From: Anaerolineales bacterium
Lineage (GTDB): Bacteria; Chloroflexota; Anaerolineae; Anaerolineales; E44-bin32
Direction: 5' to 3'
DNA: 64,000 bases
Assembly: GCA_034417075.1 (NCBI GenBank)
Contig: DAOULU010000006.1
Span: 74,283-138,282 of the forward strand
A program made the position numbers and the translations under genes. Positions 55,324 to 63,840 of this stretch are shown here, one piece after another (the first letter of the stretch is position 1; every line of letters starts with the position of its first letter). The notes beneath the pieces are model-generated. The model was not told where the DNA came from. It saw only the letters and a list, made by a program, of their open reading frames with translations, and ran no database searches.

Positions 55324-57003
55324 TTAGAATTGAAAATCCCAACCAAAATTGACGTTCCCCGTCGTGGCACCTGGGTTCACGGTCACGTTGATGCGCGCCC
55401 AATTCCCGGTCACATCCGGATGGGACCACGTCCCGGGCACGAGGGCATTTTCATTTCCCACGACAGATATGGATACGCAGTAATTTCCCGGTGCCAATCC
55501 TGTGAAGCTGAACGCCCCACTCCCGTTGGTGGTCGTGGTCGGCAAACCGGTGGCCGGGCAAGAGCCCACACCGAGCTGGACGATCACGTTGGGGATGCCC
55601 TGCTCACCTGCTTCGTAGATCCCGTTCGCCCAGTACACGATCCCATCGGTTTCGCATCCCGGTGGTGGCGGCTCTGGGGTGTCCGGCGTCAGGTTTGGGG
55701 GATTGCACTCGTCGTCCCAGACGATACCCGAAATTCCGCCAGGCGCTGGTGTGGGAGTCGGTGGAGAAATCAGAACGGGCAACTCACTAATGTCGAAGCT
55801 GTAAGCCAGCAGATTTTCCGCAATCCAGCATTGGTTCGGCTGGGTGTCGAGTTTGACGGCCAACCACGAATTATCGGCGAGACGTCCTTTCGCTTCTGCC
55901 TGCTCATCCTCGAGTAAGAAACCGTATTGATCGAAAATCGTCATCGGCCCCGTGCGGCAATTGGCGTTCACGAGCGCCGTCACGATGTAGCCTTCCGCCG
56001 TCGGAGTGGCCGTCAGCGGCGGCGGTTCGGGAAGAAATTGATAGTCCCAACCAAAATCGACGTCAGTTTCGTGTTGATCCACCGTGAGCGTGAGCGTTAC
56101 TTCCTGCGGGTTGGCGCCGCGAACAGGATAGGTCCAACCGCCAGGAACCAGGATCGCATCATTCCCGTCGGAGAGCGCATCCACGGTTACGCAGTATGTA
56201 CCTGCGGATAATCCACCAAACGAGTAGGTCCCGTTGACGTCCGTGGCAGTCGTCGCTAAGCCACTGGACGGGCAAGTACCATTCCCGAGGTGCAAGGTTA
56301 TCGCCTCGATCCCCGGTTCGCCGGGTTCATAGACGCCATTCGCTTCAAGCCCCTCGACCGGTCCGGCGTCGATGCAACCTTCCGGCAGGGGATCGCCCGG
56401 CGGAATCGAAGCGTAAGGCACGGCACACAGGTCGTGGAAAACGTCCCCGCTGATCGAAGCCGTCGATGCTGGTGGTGGGGGTAAAAACTGATGGTCCCAA
56501 CCGAAGTCTACATCTGTTTCATGCTGATTCGCCGTAAGGGTTACGGTAACCTCCTGCGGATTGGCATCGCGAACAGGATACGTCCAGCCACCCGGGATAA
56601 TGATCACATCATTTCCGTCGGACAGAGAATCAACGCTCACGCAGTATGTCCCAGCAGATAAACTGCCAAATGAGTACCTTCCAGTGACGTCCGTGGTCGC
56701 TGTTGCCAGTCCGGTTGATGGGCAAGCGCCGCTTCCCAGATGAAGAGTCACATGTTCAATCCCCGGTTCGCCGGGATCATATATCCCGTCCGCTTGAAGC
56801 CCAGTTACCGGACCGGTATCGATACATCCTGGCGGTAACGGATCACCAGGCGGAATCGAGGCATAGGGCACGGCACACAGATCGTGGAAGACGTCCCCGC
56901 TGACCGAAGCTGTCGTTGCCTGCGTAGGGAAATCACAGGCGGCCAATACGCCGATCATAAGCACGAAAGTCAGTCCGATTATCTTCCGATTTGAGTGTGT
57001 CAT
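55324..57003 (-). CDS. lipoprotein with three SdrD-B/Cna-B-like domains and a central Cys-containing SH3b-like domain
   Basis: Lipobox GVLAAC. Two near-identical 150-aa repeats are followed by an SH3b-like segment (NANCRTGP...NQCWIAENLL) and a diverged third repeat ending NFGWDFQF. Confidence 0.75.
   Translation of the reverse strand: MTHSNRKIIGLTFVLMIGVLAACDFPTQATTASVSGDVFHDLCAVPYASIPPGDPLPPGCIDTGPVTGLQADGIYDPGEPGIEHVTLHLGSGACPSTGLATATTDVTGRYSFGSLSAGTYCVSVDSLSDGNDVIIIPGGWTYPVRDANPQEVTVTLTANQHETDVDFGWDHQFLPPPPASTASISGDVFHDLCAVPYASIPPGDPLPEGCIDAGPVEGLEANGVYEPGEPGIEAITLHLGNGTCPSSGLATTATDVNGTYSFGGLSAGTYCVTVDALSDGNDAILVPGGWTYPVRGANPQEVTLTLTVDQHETDVDFGWDYQFLPEPPPLTATPTAEGYIVTALVNANCRTGPMTIFDQYGFLLEDEQAEAKGRLADNSWLAVKLDTQPNQCWIAENLLAYSFDISELPVLISPPTPTPAPGGISGIVWDDECNPPNLTPDTPEPPPPGCETDGIVYWANGIYEAGEQGIPNVIVQLGVGSCPATGLPTTTTNGSGAFSFTGLAPGNYCVSISVVGNENALVPGTWSHPDVTGNWARINVTVNPGATTGNVNFGWDFQF
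56002..56901 (-). repeat. intragenic tandem duplication, 2 x 450 bp (2 x 150 aa)
   Basis: Protein repeats SGDVFHDLCAVPYASIPPGDPLP...DVDFGW(D/H)(Y/H)QFLP occur at aa 35-184 and 185-334. The DNA is visibly similar at a 450-nt offset, for example 56420-56460 versus 56868-56910. Confidence 0.85.
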
Positions 57004-57177
57004 GATTTTCTCCCGAACAACCTAGAGGGAACGTCTTCCGTTGTGAAATTCTCGTCAAACTCACGCCAATCGACCGCAATCGGCTCCCTCATAAGTACCA
57101 ACGTTGTTGCACGCAGAGCGCATTTCCTTTTCTGCGGGACAAACCCAGGAATGAAAAACGAAACGAACGATCAACCA

Positions 57178-58941
57178 CTAGTTTACGAGTATGAAAATCT
57201 CGACCGACTGCTGTGCGCTCTCAGCCATGTTGCCGGCAGCATCGAAAGCACGAGCGAAAAAGTAAATATTTCCGGAAGCGAAAGGTCCAACAGTGGAGAC
57301 ACAGGTCGTCGTATCCTCACAAGAAGCTACTTTGATGAAATTATTCGCTCTGCCAGCGCGCATCCATATTTCGATTCGTTTTACCTGATAATTATCCTGC
57401 GCCGTTGCTGTTAGAGTAACCTCGTCCGAAGTGTTCGGCCGTCTAAACCCGGTAGGTCCGTAGGTGATCGAAACCGTCGGCGGCGTCGTATCGTCGGGCG
57501 TGGAGGTCGGCGGTGGATTGATAATCGGTACGACGCTTGTATCCCCGCTCACACTAACTAGGCCATCCCAGACCCAGCAGTGGCCGTAGCCATCTTGGCG
57601 CTTAATCCACCACCAGGTCCATTCTGCATTCCGGCCGTCGATCGGCGCTGACTGGGCTTCCAACAGATAGCCGACGACGTCGTAATCCGATGACGGACCG
57701 AAGCGACAATTACAATTTTCGTTCCCCGTGGCAAACGGCGGACCGAGCGTAGCCGTTGTGGTTTGCGTCGCAGTGTCCTCCAGCGTGGGAGATGTCGTTG
57801 CCGTATACGACTCGTCGATGACGATGGACTCCTGCATTGCGCCGGGTGTCGCTGTGTCGCTTGCTTCCGAATCTGAAGCCTCAGGTGGTGGCGGAGGTGG
57901 TGGTGAAGGAGGATGGGGCGACACGAGGAGCGAAGTCAGGACAGCGCCACCGATGATGATCGCGGAAAGCATCATAAAAGCTCCCGTTTTCATCATCCAA
58001 CCCCAACCTGAGATCGTATTCCACCAGCCGGCGGAAGATCCGCCTCCGCCCATACCTCCGGCTCCCCCGCCTGCTGAGGAGCCGCTTCCAGCCTGTGGTG
58101 AACCTTGCCCGCCACCACCGCCCGACGCGGGCACAGTCTCGATGCCCATTTGATCGAAAACTTTCGTGATCCAGGCTTGAGAAGGCATAATGGGAGCCAA
58201 TCCTGCGACCAACGCACCGACTTTCTTGAGATCTTCTTCTGTCTGGCGGCATTGTGGGCAGGATTTGATATGCGCTTCCACGGCCGCCCGCTGTTGTTCG
58301 TCGAGTTCTCCATCGTGATAAGCAGAGAGCAGATCGCCCAATTCACGACAGCGTTCGACTCCTGCCTCCAGTGAGAGGCGCATTCCATGCTGTTCGCGGA
58401 AGCGCATGCGAGCGCGGTGGACCAACTGACGTGCATTGGCATAGGTGCATTCTAGTGCTTGGGATACTTCTTTATAACTCTGACCGTTGAATTCGCGCAG
58501 GATTAGCGCTTGACGATAAACCGTCGGCATGGCATCCAACGTGCTCCATACCGCCTGACGCGCCTCGTTGCGCTGTACGCCGCGTTCGGAGGGTCGTTTC
58601 GTAATCGGTGACTCTGCCATCATGGTTGGTTCTTCAAGATCGACGAATCTTCTGTTGCGACGCAGATAATCCACCGCCAGGTTGCTTGCGATGCGAAAAA
58701 CCCAAGACTTGAAATCCCAGGGTGGACCAAGCTGTCCAATTCGCTCGTGAGCACGGATGAATGCATCCTGTGTCACATCCTCTGCCGCCTGGCGGTCCCC
58801 AAGCATGTGGTATACGTAGTTCAACACAAGCTGGTGCAGCTGGTTGAAGAGCGTTGCAAACGCATCGTCTTCGCCCTGCTGGGCTCGCTGAACCAACGCT
58901 ACATCATCGCGCCCAGGTACCTTCACGTTTTCCTCTGACAA
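57178..58941 (-). CDS. ECF sigma-70 factor fused in one ORF to a zf-HC2 anti-sigma domain, a TM helix and an SH3b-like plus Ig-like ectodomain
   Basis: Sigma region 2 is DVTQDAFIRAHERIGQL...WVFRIASNLAVDYLRRNRR. Region 4 is YRQALILREFNGQSYKEVSQALECTYANARQLVHRARMRF. The anti-sigma motif is CRELGDLLSAYHDGEL...AHIKSCPQC. A Gly-rich tract, TM helix TGAFMMLSAIIIGGAVLTSLLV, poly-Pro and the ectodomain follow. Confidence 0.85.
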   Translation of the reverse strand: MSEENVKVPGRDDVALVQRAQQGEDDAFATLFNQLHQLVLNYVYHMLGDRQAAEDVTQDAFIRAHERIGQLGPPWDFKSWVFRIASNLAVDYLRRNRRFVDLEEPTMMAESPITKRPSERGVQRNEARQAVWSTLDAMPTVYRQALILREFNGQSYKEVSQALECTYANARQLVHRARMRFREQHGMRLSLEAGVERCRELGDLLSAYHDGELDEQQRAAVEAHIKSCPQCRQTEEDLKKVGALVAGLAPIMPSQAWITKVFDQMGIETVPASGGGGGQGSPQAGSGSSAGGGAGGMGGGGSSAGWWNTISGWGWMMKTGAFMMLSAIIIGGAVLTSLLVSPHPPSPPPPPPPEASDSEASDTATPGAMQESIVIDESYTATTSPTLEDTATQTTTATLGPPFATGNENCNCRFGPSSDYDVVGYLLEAQSAPIDGRNAEWTWWWIKRQDGYGHCWVWDGLVSVSGDTSVVPIINPPPTSTPDDTTPPTVSITYGPTGFRRPNTSDEVTLTATAQDNYQVKRIEIWMRAGRANNFIKVASCEDTTTCVSTVGPFASGNIYFFARAFDAAGNMAESAQQSVEIFILVN

Positions 58942-59252
58942 CTTTCTCCTCTACAACGGATTGAATAGGGGATTTGTGACAGCGATTCCCGAAGTTCCAT
59001 TTTTAGACTATAGCATGATTTGGCCGTGAAAGGTGTACCCCATCCTGACGAAACCTCTCACCGAAAGGACCAGTCGATTCCCCGGAAGAAGGGCTGCAGA
59101 TATTCGTAAAATACGGTATGGTAATGACGAGATCGAAACGTAATCCTTGTATTTCCATCCATACCATCACTTCACTCCAACTTGGGTCCCCTTCCCAAAA
59201 TGTGTTCCCAGACGGTATGATATGGGCAAGCTGTATGTAGGAACGAATTGCG

Positions 59253-60878
59253 ATGAGGTCGATAAATGTGAAACATCGGATTCTGATTGTCATCTCTGTC
59301 GTGTCGCTGATAATCTGTGGTTTTGCATTTCGTGACTCACTTTCTACCGCAGACTGGACTACGATCGTTGAGGGAATCGATTATCGGGAGTTCCGGCTTC
59401 CCGGTCCAAACCGAGCTTTTGTCGCCCGAATGGATCGATCAAATCCGGACCTCATCCTGGACAGCAGTATTGCACAAGGGAAACTTTCTGGTGGGATGGA
59501 AACGGTTAGCTTGATGGCTAATCGATACGACCAATCACTCAACGCCTGGGCTCCCCCACCTGACAAATCTGAACCAGAAATCTTTCCGCTTGGCCAGCAA
59601 GCCAAGCCAACAAAACCTGTTTATAAGCCATGGGGATCACGAAACGATGTCATAGTCGCCATCAACGGAACCTTTTACTACATGGACACCGGCGTTACGA
59701 TCGGCGGTTTCGTTCACTCGGGTTGGTATGACAAACCTTTTGGCAACCTGGGAGGCGGCAGCGGTTTCGCCTGGCAGCAGGATCGCTCTGCATTCATCGG
59801 TGAATGTGTTTATCACCCATATAATAAGCAACGCATCACAAATCTTTCGACAGGGAAAACCCTATATTTCGATACGATCAATTTCCCTCGAGAAGACCAG
59901 GACCTTGTCATTTACACGCCACAATTCGACCGGGACAGTCAGCGAGAGGGTGAGATCACAGAAATCCTGGTTGAGCTTACCCGCACACTCGGTATCCGCC
60001 CCTACCCAGATATGACTGTTGGTTTCGTCCGGCAAGTGAGTGATGCCGAAGGTCCCATTCCAATTCCTTTCGACCATATTGTTATTTCTGCACACCATAA
60101 TAACAACCGGCAGAAATTACGAGAGAACTTACATGTCGGCGACAGGATCGGCATCTCGATAGACGTCGTGTCCCTAAAAGAAGACTGTGAGGAGTCATTA
60201 CCCCTCAATTGGGCAAACACCTATGCCAGTATCGGTGGCAGCTTCTTTTTCCTGAAGGACGGTGAAATTCAAAGCTTTGACAATCTAGGAGCGACACTGC
60301 GTCATCCCCGCACAGCGATCTGTTATAACACCGACTACATATATTTTGTCGTCGTTGACGGCCGGCAGAAAAATTACAGTATCGGCATGACCATGGATGA
60401 AATCGCTCATTTCTGTAAGGATGACCTCGGCGCGACCTGGGGCATCAATCAGGACGGAGGGGGATCCTCCACGATGTGGATCCAGGGACAGATTGTGAAT
60501 TCGCCTTCAGATGGGGCTGAGAGGCCCGTGGCGAACGGGATGATGATGATCGTCGTCGAGCCGATGGAGCGCTCCGATACCTTCCAGGTCAATGACAGAG
60601 TAAAAACCAACGAAGCGAGCCGGATATGGTTGGGACCGGGCACCAATTTTGCCGTTCATTCATCCGTGCCGGAAGGCGCAAGCGGGACGATCGTCCCACA
60701 CATGAACGATCTCAATGGCGTATACGCCAAGGGTACATACTGGTGGAAGGTTATTTTCGGTTCGAAAGTTGGTTGGCTGCCGGAGGAAAAGCTCATTCTG
60801 GTCAATCGTCCCGAGTCGATCATTGCCTTTCGGTTCATGCTCGGCGTTCCTTTTGCCGAGATCGAATCGACTTTCTAG
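59253..60878 (+). CDS. phosphodiester glycosidase (NAGPA/DUF2233) family protein with C-terminal SH3b domain
   Basis: N-terminal TM/signal, motifs AINGTFY and WGINQDGGGSSTMW...RPVANGMMI, and a C-terminal SH3b-like YWWKVIFGSKVGWLPEEKL. Confidence 0.8.
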   Translation: MRSINVKHRILIVISVVSLIICGFAFRDSLSTADWTTIVEGIDYREFRLPGPNRAFVARMDRSNPDLILDSSIAQGKLSGGMETVSLMANRYDQSLNAWAPPPDKSEPEIFPLGQQAKPTKPVYKPWGSRNDVIVAINGTFYYMDTGVTIGGFVHSGWYDKPFGNLGGGSGFAWQQDRSAFIGECVYHPYNKQRITNLSTGKTLYFDTINFPREDQDLVIYTPQFDRDSQREGEITEILVELTRTLGIRPYPDMTVGFVRQVSDAEGPIPIPFDHIVISAHHNNNRQKLRENLHVGDRIGISIDVVSLKEDCEESLPLNWANTYASIGGSFFFLKDGEIQSFDNLGATLRHPRTAICYNTDYIYFVVVDGRQKNYSIGMTMDEIAHFCKDDLGATWGINQDGGGSSTMWIQGQIVNSPSDGAERPVANGMMMIVVEPMERSDTFQVNDRVKTNEASRIWLGPGTNFAVHSSVPEGASGTIVPHMNDLNGVYAKGTYWWKVIFGSKVGWLPEEKLILVNRPESIIAFRFMLGVPFAEIESTF

Positions 60879-61010
60879 CGACTAGGACGGATCCCGTTAA
60901 GCACAACACATCATCTGGCCATGACTATGGCGGCTGCCGTAGATGAATGGATTTTCCCTAAGTCCGCTTCATCCAATCGCAATACTACGCAAGGTGGGTC
61001 GTAGGGAACT

Positions 61011-61187
61011 TCAACGGATTACTGCGCCGAAGGCGAGGAATGCCTCACAATGCGGGCAAATGATGATCTGCTTTTGCCGCATAATCCCCATGCCCTTCTT
61101 CTTAATCCACACTTTGTCCAACTGCGTCTTGCAGAATGGGCACTTGGGCAAGACATCTTGCGGTGCTCTTTCGTATCGAACTTCCAC
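61011..61187 (-). CDS. possible 58-aa zinc-ribbon protein (below the ORF-track cut-off)
   Basis: A GTG start has a GGAGAG RBS 6 nt upstream. The translation is (M)EVRYERAPQDVLPKCPFCKTQLDKVWIKKKGMGIMRQKQIIICPHCEAFLAFGAVIR, with CPxC...CPxC. It lies downstream of and co-oriented with the metallophosphoesterase gene. Confidence 0.45.
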   Translation of the reverse strand: MEVRYERAPQDVLPKCPFCKTQLDKVWIKKKGMGIMRQKQIIICPHCEAFLAFGAVIR

Positions 61188-61289
61188 GACATGCTCTCCT
61201 TGAACGAGGTCTTCCCGTAACGAGCCAGATTCCGATTTGCAAATGTGATTGTAACCTTTCGGCAGAAACAGTGGTTAGATCGAAGTCAC

Positions 61290-61943
61290 CTACATCCAAA
61301 CCTGCTTACGCGATACGTCCAAATTAAAAACCGTGGGTGGATGCGATAAGACAAAATTCTGATCAACCACGCTCGCATTGATGAACTTCGTATGCTCATT
61401 TTCTGTGATCCCGTAGTCTTCGTGGATGTGCCCAAACACATGAACCAGGGGTTGAATTCGCTCGACGAAATCCAGGAGATCGCTGCATCCCACGCGGCTG
61501 CCGTGAACGGTCAGATCGCCGTGACCGTACGGCGGACCATGCGTGATAAGCACATGCGTGTCCTCCGGGATCAACTCCCATTTCGCCCGAATTTCGGCAC
61601 CGCGCTGCAGGTTGAAAGCCCAATCATGAAACCAGGGCTGCCATGGACTGCCGTAGAATCGGACGCCGTCCACGATGTAAGATTCGTCCTGAAGGTAGAC
61701 ACAATTTGAGAGAATCGCCGCACTGCCCTGCGGATCACGTTCGATGGAGAAATCATGGTTGCCGGCGATGACGATCTTGATTTGATGCGGTAGCATGGCC
61801 AGGAAATCGTTGAAATCCGCGAGATCCGTTTCCCTTCCGTAAGCGCTGATATCCCCGGCGTGAATGAAAACGTCTCCGTCGGGTATTGTGAGTTCATTGT
61901 GATGGCCATGCGTGTCGGCAACGACGATGATTCGTATGGGCAT
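61290..61943 (-). CDS. metallophosphoesterase (calcineurin-like)
   Basis: Motifs VVADTHGH, HAGDIS, GNHD, ITHGPP and GHIH. Confidence 0.88.
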   Translation of the reverse strand: MPIRIIVVADTHGHHNELTIPDGDVFIHAGDISAYGRETDLADFNDFLAMLPHQIKIVIAGNHDFSIERDPQGSAAILSNCVYLQDESYIVDGVRFYGSPWQPWFHDWAFNLQRGAEIRAKWELIPEDTHVLITHGPPYGHGDLTVHGSRVGCSDLLDFVERIQPLVHVFGHIHEDYGITENEHTKFINASVVDQNFVLSHPPTVFNLDVSRKQVWM

Positions 61944-62192
61944 GTCGTACGTCCTCCAAACCGAAGAACTGCAAGATGAAAACGACTTGCGCGAGTAGCT
62001 CCTCTGAGCTTACTAATCATATACCACATGAATTGCAGTAAATGGTATGGATTTCAATAACGAAATCCGGCGGAATTCTGGTGGATAGACAATGATGTCC
62101 AGACAGCATCGTTTTCCTCTCTACGCAGCGTTGCGTACATTCAATCGATATGATAGATTCCTAAAACTACGGTTTCCGGTTTGGGAGTGTAT

Positions 62193-63617
62193 ATGGCTCC
62201 AACACCACGTTCGACGCTGGGTGAAGATTTCGCAGCCCATATGAATTGTCCCATCTGCGGAGAAACGAGGCTGATGGTTCATCACACCTCATCCCTCCCA
62301 GATTACGTATCCTGTCATAATTGTTCGTCCGCCTTTGTCGTCGAGGAAGGCGGAGAAAGGGTTCTCTTCGGGAAGATCAACGATCAATACCCGCGCACCC
62401 AACAATTCGCCCTGAAACAATGGGTCATGCTGGAAGCCGTCGAACGTCGCGCATCCGACGAGCGATTGGAAGACGAGGACACAACAGCACCGTCTGAAGT
62501 CGAACGAGCTCCCACCCCACCACTCCCAGAAGCTCCACCACCTGCTGAGGATAATCTCATGCGTTCGGCAGCCGTTCCCATCCCCACCGAACCCGATCTT
62601 GAATGGCCGCCGGAGAAATTAATTCCTCTGGAACCGGAGCCGGAATCCGAACCCGTCCAGCCTCGAAGGGCAGAATCCCGCCCACCAACGCCTGCGAGCG
62701 TTGAACCCGTGATACAGAAACCTGTGCAAACACCGCCGATTCCACCCATACCCTCCCACCCTGAACCACCATCGGGGGTGGACCTCGAAAATATCCTCAA
62801 CATCGAGGAACGAGCAAAAGAGGAAGCGCCACTCGGCGATGCGCCGGTCCTTCCGCAAGGTTTGAAGCAAAAACAGCATGCGGAAGGTCCAATCGAGCCT
62901 GCTCCCCCAGCGACAGCGCAGGCCAAGCCTGGCGCAGCAGTCCAGGCTTCCCCCGCAAAGCCTGTCCCGGAACCCCCGGCTCTCGAACTGCGCGAAAACG
63001 AGCCGCCGCCCGGTATTCGATACCGCGTCGTCATTCGGGGAGAGCAAGTTGTCTTTCCTAAAAGAGCCTGTGCCCACTGTCAAGCCACGCCGGTGCGCGG
63101 CCGTCTGACGGTCATCGGTGACCTTCCCGAGGGGCAGAAAATCGGCCAACGAAAGAAGGCGACGTTCGATCTGCCCCTCTGCGCCGAATGCCACGATCGG
63201 GCGAGAAACGTCACGCCGGAAGAAAAAGCAGAACGTCTTCAAGCGAACCTGATCTCTGCGCTCGTTGCTATGTTGTGTCTCGTCGCAGCCCTCGCCTGGG
63301 GTGTCGATTTACAGGAGAATCCACTTTCGGGCGTGATCATACTCGTCATCCTTCTCATCGTTGGGTATTCTGTCCCCGCTTTCATCTTGCTGGGACGCAT
63401 CCGCCCCTCTCCGCCCTCACCGAACGCCGCCTACATTCGCTCGACCCTCCTCATCCCCGACGACGCACAGGGCCTGGAAACGGCCTTCGAATTCCGCAAC
63501 AAGGATTATGCGCAGCAATTCTTCGAGGCCAACGAATTCGTTACCCTGGGAAAGCCCATCCAGGTTAAAGACCGTTCGTTCTCCAAGAAGCGTCCCCCAG
63601 AAACTCCTGCGTCGTAA
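62193..63617 (+). CDS. hypothetical membrane protein with two CxxC...CxxC zinc-ribbon-like units and a Pro-rich linker
   Basis: The ATG at 62193 gives CPICG...CHNCSS at the N-terminus, about 170 aa of Pro/Glu-rich low complexity, CAHCQ...CAECH and then two TM helices (ISALVAMLCLVAALAWG, VIILVILLIVGYSVPAFILL). Confidence 0.6.
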   Translation: MAPTPRSTLGEDFAAHMNCPICGETRLMVHHTSSLPDYVSCHNCSSAFVVEEGGERVLFGKINDQYPRTQQFALKQWVMLEAVERRASDERLEDEDTTAPSEVERAPTPPLPEAPPPAEDNLMRSAAVPIPTEPDLEWPPEKLIPLEPEPESEPVQPRRAESRPPTPASVEPVIQKPVQTPPIPPIPSHPEPPSGVDLENILNIEERAKEEAPLGDAPVLPQGLKQKQHAEGPIEPAPPATAQAKPGAAVQASPAKPVPEPPALELRENEPPPGIRYRVVIRGEQVVFPKRACAHCQATPVRGRLTVIGDLPEGQKIGQRKKATFDLPLCAECHDRARNVTPEEKAERLQANLISALVAMLCLVAALAWGVDLQENPLSGVIILVILLIVGYSVPAFILLGRIRPSPPSPNAAYIRSTLLIPDDAQGLETAFEFRNKDYAQQFFEANEFVTLGKPIQVKDRSFSKKRPPETPAS

Positions 63618-63810
63618 CTCAGTTATAGGGGGAAGTTCCCAATTCTATTTGCCTTCGTGCCGATGCCATCTCTTTCGAATCGATGCCTCGCTGGCTGACC
63701 CGGCATTGCAACCGCTCGCCGCGAAATCCCATTCTCGCACTCCACGACGATCAATCCTGTACTTACCCTTGATTTTGGTCTGTTATAATGATATGTTGTA
63801 CGCGCGAATA

Positions 63811-63824
63811 GAACATTTGTACGA
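63811..63824. promoter_or_regulatory. candidate LexA (SOS) box AGAACATTTGTACG upstream of uvrA
   Basis: GAAC-N4-GTAC differs at one position from the Gram-positive/Chloroflexi-type GAAC-N4-GTTC box. It lies 21 nt downstream of TGTTATAAT (63782-63790) and 17 nt upstream of the uvrA ATG. Confidence 0.4.
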
Positions 63825-63840
63825 ATAAGGCCAGGATCGA

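Noticed and set aside
53584-55917. Long plus-strand ORFs (53584-54504, 306 aa; 55225-55917, 230 aa; and several of 80-130 aa) across the propeller and Cna-B genes.
   Set aside because: All are antisense to genes with clear repeat motifs and lipoboxes. All are Arg/His/Pro-rich with no RBS.
59003-59335. ORFs in the sigma-fusion / glycosidase divergent promoter region (96 aa minus, 62 aa plus).
   Set aside because: They lack an RBS, have odd composition and overlap the start of the supported 59253 gene. The region is more likely pure promoter and 5' UTR.
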